This document shows positions 49,450 through 60,114 of a stretch of 64,000 bases of DNA, piece after piece; within the stretch, counting starts at the first letter, position 1; each line of letters opens with the position of its first letter. This DNA comes from an uncultured delta proteobacterium (lineage in GTDB: Bacteria > Myxococcota_A > Polyangia > Fen-1088). Made by a program: the position numbers and the translations under genes. The stretch covers positions 96,001 to 160,000 of the forward strand of contig CAVWIP010000018.1 in assembly GCA_963755125.1 (NCBI GenBank), read 5' to 3'. Under the pieces are notes generated by a model, which did no database searches, had not been told where the DNA came from, and saw only the letters and a list, made by a program, of their open reading frames with translations.

Positions 49450-49507
49450 GTTGCCGTCACCGTCACCGTCACCGTCACCGCCTCCGCCCCTCTCACCGCA
49501 CCCCGCC
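49450..49507 (-). repeat. Right arm of imperfect inverted repeat
   Basis: GTTGCC (GTCACC)4 GCCTCC GCCCCT CTCACC GCACCCCGCC; reverse complement matches left arm unit by unit. Confidence 0.8.
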
Positions 49508-49601
49508 CCGAACGCGTCAAAGAAGCAGTATAAGTTCGCCTTATGGTGTTGCGTCGGGCTTGATTCCTGACGAGGGCTGGCGTAATCCGGTCGCATCCCC
49601 C

Positions 49602-50591
<990 letters not shown>

Positions 50592-50605
50592 CCACGAGGA
50601 GAACC

Positions 50606-51805
50606 ATGGCCTACGAGTTCAGACTGCCCGATATCGGCGAGGGAATGGCAGAGGGCGAAATCGTCCGCTGGCTGGTCAAGGAAGGCGACCTGCTGGGGCA
50701 GGACCAGCCCATGGTGGAGATCATGACCGACAAGGCCACGGTGGAGATCGCCGCCCCACGCGCCGGGCGCGTGCTCGATCGCTGCTTCAAGGAGGGCCAA
50801 CGCTGCCCGGTGGGCGAGGTGCTGGTCATCATCGGCACCAGCGACGATGACGACCGGACGCCGAGCCCAGTCGCACCCACGCCTGGGCCCACGCCCCCGC
50901 CGGCCCCGGTGGCCTCCGCGCCGGCCCGCAAACCCGAAACCGTGCTGGCCACCCCGGCGGTGCGCAAGCTGGCACGCGAGATGGACGTGGATCTCACCAC
51001 CGTCACGGGCACCGGCCCAGGCGGCCAGATCACGGCCGAGGACGTGCGCGCGGCCAAGGTGTCGGCCGGACTGGTGGCGCCCACGCCCCGGCCCACCGTG
51101 ACCGGCGATGTCCGCATCCCGTTTCGCGGCGTGCGCCGCAAGATTGCCGAGCACATGCTGCGCACCCAGCGCGAGGTGGCCCAGTTCACTTATATGGAGG
51201 AGGTCGATGCCACCGAGTTGGTCGAGCTACGCAACAAGGCCGAGGCGCGCCTGGCGAGCCATGACGTCAAGCTCAGCTACCTGCCCTTCTTCATCCGGGC
51301 CACGGTGGAGGCGCTGAAGAAGCAGCCGCAGCTCAATTCCTATCTCGACGAGAAGGCGGGCGAGATCGTGCAGCGGCACGAGTACCACATCGGCCTGGCG
51401 GCACAGACCCCCGAAGGGCTCATGGTCCCGGTGATTCGCCACGCCGAGCGGCGCTCGCTGCTGGAGCTGGCCCGCGAGGTAGAACGGCTGGCCACCTCGG
51501 CGCGCACCGGTCACGTTTCCCCGTCGGATCTCGGCGGCTCCACCTTCACCATCACCAGCCTGGGCGCACTGGGCGGCCTTTCAGCCACGCCCATCATCAA
51601 CTACCCCGAGGTGGCCATCCTGGCGGTTCACAAGATCGCCAAGCGACCCGCGGTGGTCGACGACAAGATCGTGATCCGCGAGATGATGAATCTGTCGCTC
51701 TCGGTGGATCACCGCATGGTCGATGGCCACGACGCGGCCAGGTTCGTGGCCGAGATCAAGGCCTCGCTGGAGACACCGGGCCTGCTCTTCCTAGAATCGC
51801 ACTAG
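50606..51805 (+). CDS. Dihydrolipoamide acyltransferase E2
   Basis: Lipoyl TDKA; PAVRKLARE; GTGPGG; DHRMVDG. Confidence 0.95.
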   Translation: MAYEFRLPDIGEGMAEGEIVRWLVKEGDLLGQDQPMVEIMTDKATVEIAAPRAGRVLDRCFKEGQRCPVGEVLVIIGTSDDDDRTPSPVAPTPGPTPPPAPVASAPARKPETVLATPAVRKLAREMDVDLTTVTGTGPGGQITAEDVRAAKVSAGLVAPTPRPTVTGDVRIPFRGVRRKIAEHMLRTQREVAQFTYMEEVDATELVELRNKAEARLASHDVKLSYLPFFIRATVEALKKQPQLNSYLDEKAGEIVQRHEYHIGLAAQTPEGLMVPVIRHAERRSLLELAREVERLATSARTGHVSPSDLGGSTFTITSLGALGGLSATPIINYPEVAILAVHKIAKRPAVVDDKIVIREMMNLSLSVDHRMVDGHDAARFVAEIKASLETPGLLFLESH

Positions 51806-51806
51806 C

Positions 51807-52976
51807 ATGGCCGACAAGCCCGTCAGAAAGGTCCGCTCGGGCCAGAGCCAGGCGGAGATCGTCGAGGCTTTCTCCGACGTGGACGAGGCGCGCGCCACCG
51901 GACTGCGGCAGATCCTCGACGAGAATGGGCACGAACTCGCGGCCGTGCCCACCCTGTCGGCCACGGAGCTGGTGCGCATGTACGAGGGCATGCTGCGCGG
52001 CCGGCTGCTCGACGAGCATATGCTGACCATGCAGCGCCAGGGCCGCATCGGCCTGTACCTGGACGCTCGCGGACAGGAAGCCGGCGCGATCGCGGCAGCC
52101 CACGCCCTGGCCCCGGACGACACCTTCGTTCCAGCGCTGCGGGAAGCGAGCGCTGCGCTGTATCGCGGGCTGCCGCTGCGCACCTACCTGGCGCAGATGT
52201 TGGGCAATGCCAATGATCCCGCGCATGGCCGACAGATGCCGGGGGCGCTCGGGTCACGTGCCAGCCGCCATGTCATCGGGTCTTCCAGCGTGGCCTCGCA
52301 GATGCCGCACGCCACGGGCCTGGCCTGGGCCGCGCGCATGCGCGGTGAACGCGCGGTGGTCGTCTGTTTCGTGGGCGACGGCGGCACAAGCGAAGATGAC
52401 TTTCAGTCCGGGCTGAATTTCGCGGCTGTGTTCAAGGCGCCGGTGGTGTTCGTTTGCCAGAACAACCAGTGGGCCATCTCCACGCCACTTTCCAGCCAGA
52501 CCGCTGCGCGCAGCATCGCCATCAAGGGTCTTGCCTTCGGCGTGCCGTCGTTCCGGGTCGACGGCAACGACGTGCTCGCGCTCTACGCTGTCATCAAAGA
52601 CACCGTGGATCGGGCGCGTGCTGGCAGCGGCCCCAGCTTCGTCGAGGCGGTCACCTATCGCATGGGCGCCCATGGCCCGAACGACGATCCCAGTCGCTAC
52701 CGCGATCCCGCCGAGGCAGTGGCGTGGCAGCGCAAGGATCCGCTGCTGCGTTTCGGCCTCTGGTTGGACGCCCAGAAGATCCTGACAGCCGAGGCCCAGA
52801 CGGCCGCGCGCCAGCGCATCGACGACGAAATCCGCGCGGCTATCGCCGCCGAGGAGACCGTGGGCCCGCCGTCGACGTCATCTTTGTTCGACGACGTCTT
52901 GGCCGAGCCGAGCTGGCTCATCGAGGAGCAGCGGGCCGAGTACCTGCGCGCGCGCAAGCGGCGCACTTCGCAGTAG
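51807..52976 (+). CDS. 2-oxoacid dehydrogenase E1 alpha subunit
   Basis: QRQGR, GQEA, GDG..SE...NNQWAIS ThDP motif, RMGAH...DDP.RYR. Confidence 0.93.
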   Translation: MADKPVRKVRSGQSQAEIVEAFSDVDEARATGLRQILDENGHELAAVPTLSATELVRMYEGMLRGRLLDEHMLTMQRQGRIGLYLDARGQEAGAIAAAHALAPDDTFVPALREASAALYRGLPLRTYLAQMLGNANDPAHGRQMPGALGSRASRHVIGSSSVASQMPHATGLAWAARMRGERAVVVCFVGDGGTSEDDFQSGLNFAAVFKAPVVFVCQNNQWAISTPLSSQTAARSIAIKGLAFGVPSFRVDGNDVLALYAVIKDTVDRARAGSGPSFVEAVTYRMGAHGPNDDPSRYRDPAEAVAWQRKDPLLRFGLWLDAQKILTAEAQTAARQRIDDEIRAAIAAEETVGPPSTSSLFDDVLAEPSWLIEEQRAEYLRARKRRTSQ

Positions 52977-53044
52977 CCCGCGCAGGCGGGCGTCCCGTGG
53001 TCAGGTGGGCGCGCGACCTCGATCCACTTGATTGCAGGAGACGC

Positions 53045-53157
53045 CTGTCGGCTCGCTGCAAGGCGCTCGCTGAGCGAGAAGAAGTTGAGAAAGCGGCTCG
53101 GCTTCTGACGCCAGGCCCAAGCGGCTCGTCATCGACGAGCTCGGCGACTGCCCACTG
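53045..53157 (+). mobile_element. Decayed IS21 istB fragment
   Basis: Across frameshifts: KALAE..KLRKRLGF.ARPKRLVIDELGDCPL, resembling IstB Walker B KPKLLIIDELGYLP. Confidence 0.5.
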
Positions 53158-53347
53158 CACCAATTCCCCCAAAGGGCCACTGTGTCACGCACTTTGTTGC
53201 AAAGGCGCTGACCCGGTTTGCCTGCCGAACGCTACTAAGTACTTCAAGAAGGTCTGACCTTGCTGCAAGGTCGAGTTTCGGCGCTGTACCTCCCCCGTCC
53301 AGCCATGATACTATGAAGAGTTCGATAACCCTGAAAGGAACGGAAGC

Positions 53348-55375
53348 ATGGCTTCTTTCTATCGCTTCGCGGGTTCTGTGTTGCTGACCGCAGCGTTTGT
53401 GTCCGGATGTTATGGCTCGGGTGCCACCACCTTCAAGGGGGGTGGCGGAACCACCACTGGCGCGGGCGGGACCAGCATCGGCGCAGGCGGCGAGACCACC
53501 ACGGGCGCGGGTGGAAACACCACCAGCCCGGGCGGGAACACCACCGCGGGCGGGACCACCACCGGCGCAGGCGGCGAAACTGCCACAGGCGCGGGTGGGA
53601 ACACCACCAGCCCGGGCGGCGAGACCACCACTGGCGCAGGTGGGAATACCACGGGCCCGGGCGGGAACACCACCGCGGGCGGGACCACCACCGGCGCAGG
53701 CGGCGAAACCGCCACAGGCGCGGGCGGGACTGCGACGGCCCGCACAGGCGGGACCACAACCGCGGGCGGAACCAGCGCCGCGGGCGGAACCAGCGCCGCG
53801 GGCGGGACCACGGCCCGCACAGGCGGGACCACAACCGCGGGCGGAACCAGCGCCGCGGGCGGAACCAGCGCCGCGGGCGGGACCACAGCCCACACCGGTG
53901 GAACCACAACCGGTGCGGGCGGAACCTCGACAGGCGCGGGCGGCGCGACTGGCGGGACTGCGGGAACGGTCACGACGCCCGGATGGGCAACGCCTGTGAC
54001 TGGCGGTCCCACGGGAACCGGGGTCACGGCCACGGTGACAGTGAACCTCGACTCCACCGTGGGGACGATCGGTTCCGATTTTGCCGGGTTCAGCTACGAG
54101 AAGTCGCACATTACGAACGATTCGCTCAACAGCACAAACACGAATTTGATTGCGCTCTACAAGCTCCTTGGCTCTCCGATGATGCGACTCGCGGCCAATG
54201 ACGTCGAGGTTTGTAGCTGGGGCGGCACAGGGACGGCACCGACGCAGCCATCGGGGCAGCCGTTCAACCATACCATCACCACCGGCATGGTCGACGAGCT
54301 GTGCAGCTTCCTGGCCGCGACGGGAACCAAGATCATCTACGGCGTCAACTACAAGTTGGACAACGTGACTGCCTCCGCAGCCGAGGCCGCCTACGTCATG
54401 AGCAAGTGTCCGTCGAGCATCGAAGCATTCGAGATCGGCAACGAGCTCGACAAGTATGGAAGCTGGACCTCCCAAGAAACGCAGTACGAGTCGTTCGCGA
54501 CCGCCATTCTCGCCACGCCGGGCGCCCTGATTGCCGGCCCGGGTTCCACGGGTGGGGGTTACTCATCGTTCAGTGCTCCATTTGCCGCGTCCGAGTCGGC
54601 GAAGTATGGCAGCAAGCTCACTCTCCTAACGCAGCACTACTACGTTGCCGGAGCCGGTTCGACGGGTGCGACTGCCTCCGCCCTCCAGACTGTATCGTCC
54701 ACCTTCGTCAGTCTCTGTACGACGATGAACACTGCCGCCACAAGCAACAAGATTCCCAATGGCTACAGATTGGGAGAGATGAACACCTTCTCCGGTCACG
54801 GTCAGCAAGGGGTGAGCGATACGCTCATCGCGGGTCTCTGGGCCATCGATCAGCTGTTCGTGATTGCAAAGAACGGCGGCGGCGGCGCCAATTTCCACGG
54901 CGGTGAGACGGGAATGGATGGAACCAAGCCTTTCTATTATGAGCCGATCATGGAGCTCAACGGAGTCGTGACACAGGTACAGCCGGAATACTACGGCATG
55001 CTCCTCTTCACCCAGGCCGGCACAGGCCCGATGGTGTCCACAACCGTCACGTCGAGCAACGCCAATTTCACCGCGTATGCCGTCAAGCCAAATGGATTCA
55101 TAAGCGTGGTGCTCGACAACAAGAACGCCACCAGCGGCGTCAACGCCACGGTGGATCTCGGAGCCGCGGTGAGCAGCGCGAGCGCGATCTATCTGCAAGG
55201 GACGCCTGCCGGCTCACTGACAGCAGCGGCTGGGAACGTCACCCTTGCTGACGCCCAGGTCACGCCGGCGGGTGTGTGGGCTCGCAATCCGCCCTATGTT
55301 CAGACGACGGCGGGAAATACCGTTTCCGTGTATGTTCCCCCCGCGAGCGCAGCGCTGGTGCGCGTGCTGCAATAG
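53348..55375 (+). CDS. GH79-like glycoside hydrolase lipoprotein with Gly/Thr linker
   Basis: Lipobox VSGC; GFSYE, YGVN, FEIGNE (acid/base), QHYY, RLGE.N (nucleophile), GVSDT, NFHGG. Confidence 0.88.
   Translation: MASFYRFAGSVLLTAAFVSGCYGSGATTFKGGGGTTTGAGGTSIGAGGETTTGAGGNTTSPGGNTTAGGTTTGAGGETATGAGGNTTSPGGETTTGAGGNTTGPGGNTTAGGTTTGAGGETATGAGGTATARTGGTTTAGGTSAAGGTSAAGGTTARTGGTTTAGGTSAAGGTSAAGGTTAHTGGTTTGAGGTSTGAGGATGGTAGTVTTPGWATPVTGGPTGTGVTATVTVNLDSTVGTIGSDFAGFSYEKSHITNDSLNSTNTNLIALYKLLGSPMMRLAANDVEVCSWGGTGTAPTQPSGQPFNHTITTGMVDELCSFLAATGTKIIYGVNYKLDNVTASAAEAAYVMSKCPSSIEAFEIGNELDKYGSWTSQETQYESFATAILATPGALIAGPGSTGGGYSSFSAPFAASESAKYGSKLTLLTQHYYVAGAGSTGATASALQTVSSTFVSLCTTMNTAATSNKIPNGYRLGEMNTFSGHGQQGVSDTLIAGLWAIDQLFVIAKNGGGGANFHGGETGMDGTKPFYYEPIMELNGVVTQVQPEYYGMLLFTQAGTGPMVSTTVTSSNANFTAYAVKPNGFISVVLDNKNATSGVNATVDLGAAVSSASAIYLQGTPAGSLTAAAGNVTLADAQVTPAGVWARNPPYVQTTAGNTVSVYVPPASAALVRVLQ
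53450..53965. repeat. Nested 18/21-bp Gly/Thr linker repeats with larger block duplications
   Basis: GGNTTAGGTTTGAGGETATGA x2; TARTGGTTTAGGTSAAGGTSAAGG x2. Confidence 0.85.
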
Positions 55376-55803
55376 GCTTTTGTCCGCGTTCGAATGGGCA
55401 GCCCGCGCGGTGCTGGCCGAATCGAATCGGCGTGAAACATTCCAGACAGTGAGGCGAGGGCGACAGCAGCACCTGGGCACAGCCGCACGGGGCGTTGTGA
55501 CGTGTTTTGGACGAGACGGGACACGAAAACCGTACTGTCCGAGGATGCGTCGCGGAAATTCATCAAACCGCGAGAGGGGCTTTCGGACAGCACGGGAGCA
55601 TCGCTGGGCGTTTCCTTTACATAGCTTTACGTTCCAGGAATGCGCCCGAAATATGTGACGCCGATGGCGGCTGACACGCGCTGGGGTGTCTTGTTCAAAC
55701 AGCTTCGCTGCCGCACTTGCCCGCAAGAAAATCAAGATCTCATCAGGAGCCGCCGTGACCTGTTTCTCCCAGTTCGTCCCCCTAACATACCAAGGAGATC
55801 GCT

Positions 55804-57855
55804 ATGAACAGCAAGAGCCTTGTCTTTCGGCATCGCTACGCGGATTCTTTGCTGCTAATCGCAGCGTTCGCGTCCGGGTGCTACGGCTCGGGTGCCAGTA
55901 CCTATAGCGGGGCGCCGCCCACGACCGGCGGTGCCGGAACCACGACCGCTGGGGGCGGGACAACCGGCGCCGGCGGCGAAACCAGCGGCGGCGGGAACAC
56001 CAGCGCGGGCGGAACAACCGGCGCCGGCGGCGAAACCAGCAGCGGCGGGAACACCAGCGCGGGCGGAACAACCGGCGCCGGCGCTGAAACCAGCGGCGGC
56101 GGGACTACCAGCTCAGGTGGAACCACGACCAGCGCGGGTGGAACCACGACCCGCACGGGCGGGACTACAACCAGCGCGGGCGGAACCACGACCAGCGCAG
56201 GCGGAACCACGACCAGCGCGGGCGGAACCACGACCAGCACGGGCGGAACCACGACCAGCTCAGGCGGAACCACGACCAGCGCGGGCGGAACCACGACCCG
56301 CACGGGTGGGACTACAACCAGCGCAGGCGGAACCACGACCAGCGCGGGTGGAACCACGACCCGCACGGGCGGGACCACGACCAGCGCGGGCGGAACCACG
56401 ACCAGCTCAGGCGGGACAACGGGAACGGGCACGACACCCGCATGGGGAACGCCCGTGGCCGGCGGCCCCACCGGTACGGGCGACACAGCCACGGTTACCG
56501 TGGCCCCCGGCACCACCGTAGGGACGATCGGTCCGGAATTCATCGGGTTCAGCTACGAAAAGACACACATCACGAATGACTCGCTCAACAGCACGAACAC
56601 AAACCTGATTGCCCTCTACAAGCTCCTGGGTTCTCCAGTGATGCGGCTCGGAGCCGACGACGTCGACAACTGTAACTGGGCTGGGACGGGCACGGCGCCT
56701 TCACAGCCATCGGGACAGCCATTCACGAAGAGCATCACGACCGGCATGGTCAACCAGCTCTGCAGCTTCCTGGCTGCGACGGGAACTCGGATTATCTATG
56801 GCGTCAACTTCAAGTCGGACAACGTGACTGCCTCTGCAGCGGAAGCGGCGTACGCCATGGGAAAGTGTGGGTCGAGCATCTACGGGTTCGAGATCGGTAA
56901 CGAGATCAATCGATATGGGAGCTGGGACACCCTGAAAACCGAGTGGGAGTCGTTCGCGACTGCCATTGTCGCCACGCCGGGTGCTCTGTTGATTGGCCCG
57001 GTTGCCGGCGGTGGAGATGCGCTGTCGCTTTCCACTCCCTTCGCGGCGGACGAATCGGCGAAATTTGGCAGCAAGCTCGTGCTTCTGACGCAGCACTACT
57101 ACGCTGGCACCGCCGGTACCACCACCGCGACGGTCGCCCGTCTTCAGACGCCCGACCCTGACTCCGCCACGTCGCAAGACGGGCTGGTCGGCACCGATTC
57201 GACCATGAACACCGCAGCCACTACCAACAAGATCCCGGACGGCTATCGCCTAGGGGAATGCAACACCTTCTCGGGTCACGGCCAGCAGGGCGTAAGCGAT
57301 ACGCTCATCGCGGGTCTCTGGGGGCTCGATTTGATGTTCGTGACTGCCGAAAATGGTGGCAGCGGCGTCAATCTCCACGGCGGCGAACAGGGAATGGATG
57401 GGTCGCGAGATTTCTACTATGAGCCGATCATGGAACTCAACGGTGCGGTGGTGGAGGTCCAGCCGATCTACTACAGCATGCTCGTCTTCCGCATGGCCGG
57501 CACAGGCCCGATGGTCTCCACGACCGTCACCACGACCAACCCAAATTTCACCGCCTATGCCATCAAGGCAGACGGCTTTGTCAGTGTGGTGCTCGACAAC
57601 AAGAATGCTACAGATGGGGTCAACGCCACGGTGAATCTTGGATCTGCGGTGAGCAGCGCGAGCGCGATCTATCTACAGGGGACGCCTGCCGGCTCACTGA
57701 CGGCAGCGGCCACGGCGGTCACTCTTGCCGGGGCCTCGGTCACGGCGTCGGGCGTGTGGAATCGCAATCCGCCTTACATTCAGACGACGTCGGGAAATAC
57801 CTTTTCTGCGTACATTCCTCCGGCGAGCGCAGCGCTCGTCCGTGTCCTTCAGTAA
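55804..57855 (+). CDS. GH79-like glycoside hydrolase lipoprotein (tandem paralog)
   Basis: AAGGAG RBS; lipobox ASGC; same catalytic motifs; near-identical C-terminus to upstream copy. Confidence 0.88.
   Translation: MNSKSLVFRHRYADSLLLIAAFASGCYGSGASTYSGAPPTTGGAGTTTAGGGTTGAGGETSGGGNTSAGGTTGAGGETSSGGNTSAGGTTGAGAETSGGGTTSSGGTTTSAGGTTTRTGGTTTSAGGTTTSAGGTTTSAGGTTTSTGGTTTSSGGTTTSAGGTTTRTGGTTTSAGGTTTSAGGTTTRTGGTTTSAGGTTTSSGGTTGTGTTPAWGTPVAGGPTGTGDTATVTVAPGTTVGTIGPEFIGFSYEKTHITNDSLNSTNTNLIALYKLLGSPVMRLGADDVDNCNWAGTGTAPSQPSGQPFTKSITTGMVNQLCSFLAATGTRIIYGVNFKSDNVTASAAEAAYAMGKCGSSIYGFEIGNEINRYGSWDTLKTEWESFATAIVATPGALLIGPVAGGGDALSLSTPFAADESAKFGSKLVLLTQHYYAGTAGTTTATVARLQTPDPDSATSQDGLVGTDSTMNTAATTNKIPDGYRLGECNTFSGHGQQGVSDTLIAGLWGLDLMFVTAENGGSGVNLHGGEQGMDGSRDFYYEPIMELNGAVVEVQPIYYSMLVFRMAGTGPMVSTTVTTTNPNFTAYAIKADGFVSVVLDNKNATDGVNATVNLGSAVSSASAIYLQGTPAGSLTAAATAVTLAGASVTASGVWNRNPPYIQTTSGNTFSAYIPPASAALVRVLQ
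56116..56409. repeat. 14 x 21-bp tandem repeat (GGTTT-SA/RT/SS/ST)
   Basis: Counted in the translation and DNA. Confidence 0.92.
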
Positions 57856-57943
57856 GCCGGGGACGCTGGCCCGCTCGGCTTGAGTTAACGTTCCCGCGGG
57901 ATGAAGATCCCAAGGCACCGCGCACACGGCCCACCCGTCCAAT

Positions 57944-57973
57944 TTGACGCCAGGCGCGTAAATTGGGTATAAG
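57944..57973 (+). promoter_or_regulatory. Putative sigma70 promoter overlapped by a palindrome
   Basis: TTGACG-N18-TATAAG; CCAATTT...AAATTGG at 57939-57966. Confidence 0.55.
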
Positions 57974-58046
57974 GAGAACGACGTAGACGATGAGCGCTGG
58001 AATGGGTTACGCTGCGGGAGTCTTCTGCGAAAGGACAGTCTGAGGC

Positions 58047-59675
58047 ATGTCTCGAACTTCGTTGGCCATCCTGATCGCCAGTTCCGGTCTGCTCGTGGTG
58101 TCGGCCGCTCGCGCGCAATCCAAAGACAAAGCTTCAGCGGAGTCTGCCGAGCAGCCGTCCCAAGAGGCGACTCAGCCGATTGAGTCTGCTGAGCAAACGT
58201 CCCAAGGCCCGACTCCGCCCATCGCCCTGCCGACCCGACAGACGATCTCTCCGACTCCCGTAAATCCATGGTTCGTCCGGCCTCCATTTGTCCTGACGGC
58301 CGGTGCTGCGTCCGACTGGAAGTTGACGATCTATGGCTTCGCCGAAGCCGACGGAATGCGCGACTCCACCCGGAGCTTCAACGATGGCTTGAACAGCAAC
58401 GTCATTGCGTACCCCTTGACGCAGGCCGGTCGCAACCCGCGCTTTCAGGCCACCATCCGAAACAGCCGCCTCGGATTCAGGGCACAGGCACCGGAATTCG
58501 GCGGCATTCGCTCATCGGGCGTGCTCGAGTTCGACTTGTTTGGCAATCAGCCAAGCATCAACAGCGGTGGGGGATCGCCCGGGGTGGCATCGGGCCCCGG
58601 CGCCACGACCGAAGCCGCGTATTTCAACAATGCCGCATTCCGTGTTCGGCACGCGTATGTGAAGCTTGAGGACGACATCGTAAACGTCGTGGCAGGCCAG
58701 ACGTACTATCTGCTGGGGTGGCAGAACTACTTCTTCGGGGCTTCGTGCGGTTTCCTCGGACTGCCGAACGAGTTGTTCAATCGAACCGTGCAGCTTCGAC
58801 TGAGCCACACCTTCGAGTCAAATCCAGTGAACTTCGAGATCGCCGCTGGTGCGTTCCGCCCTGTTCAACGCGATTCCGGGGTGCCGGATGCCCAAGGGGG
58901 CGCGCGCCTCGCCATCAATCATTGGAAGGGGATCACGACTCCGGGAAGCGGCGGAACGGATGCGCTGGCAGCCTCGATCGGTGTGTCTGGTATGGCGCGC
59001 TCGTTCAAGGTCGACCCGTACGCACCGCTGCCGGGCCCGCCGATACCTCTCATCGGGTGGGCACTTGCGGTCAACGCGCTCGTCCCAATCATCCCTGCGA
59101 GAGACGGCACCGACCGCGGCAACGCATTGACTCTAACGGGAGAGTTTGTGACAGGTACCGGGGATGCCGACCAATACACGGGCATGACCGCGGGCGCGAC
59201 CATGCCCAATGTATACCCCTTGCCTGTCGACACCCCTGTCAATGCTTTTGGAGCCGCTGTGCCGCAGACGACTGGGGCAGCGCCCCTGGTCGGCACCCCG
59301 TACACGCCCGACGTCGACCCCGGACTGGTGGCGTTCGATTCCAACGGCGTCCTTCACACGATCAATTGGCAGACATTCATCGTCGGCCTCCAGTACTACC
59401 TCCCCCCGACGGGGCGCATCTTCGTCAGCGGAAACTACAGTCAGGGAAAATCCAACAATATCGCGGGGCTCTATCACCCTATTTCGCCGAGGCAACCGTG
59501 GGTCAATGCCTTGGGCGTATTCCAGTCTTCCCGGTACGTGGACGGGAACATCTTCTTCGACGTGACGCCTGCTGTTCGGACGGGACTTTCCTATCAACGT
59601 GTCGACCAGAAACTCGCAGACGACACGAACGTCCACAACAATCGCTTCGAGATAACCTTCCTCTATTTCCTGTAG
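58047..59675 (+). CDS. Outer-membrane porin (DcaP-like beta-barrel)
   Basis: Signal peptide; LTIYGFAEAD...DST, RNSRLGF, LEFDLFG, RVRHAYVK, AGQT; aromatic C-terminus. Confidence 0.75.
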   Translation: MSRTSLAILIASSGLLVVSAARAQSKDKASAESAEQPSQEATQPIESAEQTSQGPTPPIALPTRQTISPTPVNPWFVRPPFVLTAGAASDWKLTIYGFAEADGMRDSTRSFNDGLNSNVIAYPLTQAGRNPRFQATIRNSRLGFRAQAPEFGGIRSSGVLEFDLFGNQPSINSGGGSPGVASGPGATTEAAYFNNAAFRVRHAYVKLEDDIVNVVAGQTYYLLGWQNYFFGASCGFLGLPNELFNRTVQLRLSHTFESNPVNFEIAAGAFRPVQRDSGVPDAQGGARLAINHWKGITTPGSGGTDALAASIGVSGMARSFKVDPYAPLPGPPIPLIGWALAVNALVPIIPARDGTDRGNALTLTGEFVTGTGDADQYTGMTAGATMPNVYPLPVDTPVNAFGAAVPQTTGAAPLVGTPYTPDVDPGLVAFDSNGVLHTINWQTFIVGLQYYLPPTGRIFVSGNYSQGKSNNIAGLYHPISPRQPWVNALGVFQSSRYVDGNIFFDVTPAVRTGLSYQRVDQKLADDTNVHNNRFEITFLYFL

Positions 59676-59689
59676 CTACGAGAGTACAA

Positions 59690-60097
59690 ATGAACGTGCG
59701 ATCCTCATTCATCGTCGGCGTTGCAGCGTTCATAGCCGCTGCCGCTAGCCTTTCCTGCTACGAGAGAGCACAGTCGTTTCAACCCGTCGCCTATGGCGCG
59801 CAACCGTGGAATCCGCCTCTCGGCTGGGATCCCGAGCCACCCTGCGTAGTTGGGTATTACGTCGCCATCGACACCTGTTCAGGATGCAGCACCCCAATCT
59901 CGTACGCTCTTTGCGACGGGATCAGCTTTAGTCAGTGCGTGTGCGGAGGTCCCTTTTGGCCCGGCGCAATATGCCCGCAAACATTTGCTTGCTCTACCAA
60001 CGATTTTCCCCCGTTCGGCTGGATCGAGTTCACGGATTACGCTGGCCCTGGCTGGGCCGGCCTTCACTCGAGTGCGAACGCGGACGCCGGCCACTAA
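59690..60097 (+). CDS. Small Cys-rich lipoprotein
   Basis: Lipobox SLSC; eight further Cys; 14 nt after porin stop. Confidence 0.7.
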   Translation: MNVRSSFIVGVAAFIAAAASLSCYERAQSFQPVAYGAQPWNPPLGWDPEPPCVVGYYVAIDTCSGCSTPISYALCDGISFSQCVCGGPFWPGAICPQTFACSTNDFPPFGWIEFTDYAGPGWAGLHSSANADAGH

Positions 60098-60114
60098 CGA
60101 AGGGGCGGGTCGCT

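Noticed and set aside
53450..56409. Dense 18/21-bp repeats as CRISPR or satellite
   Set aside because: They encode Gly/Thr linkers of the GH79 lipoproteins
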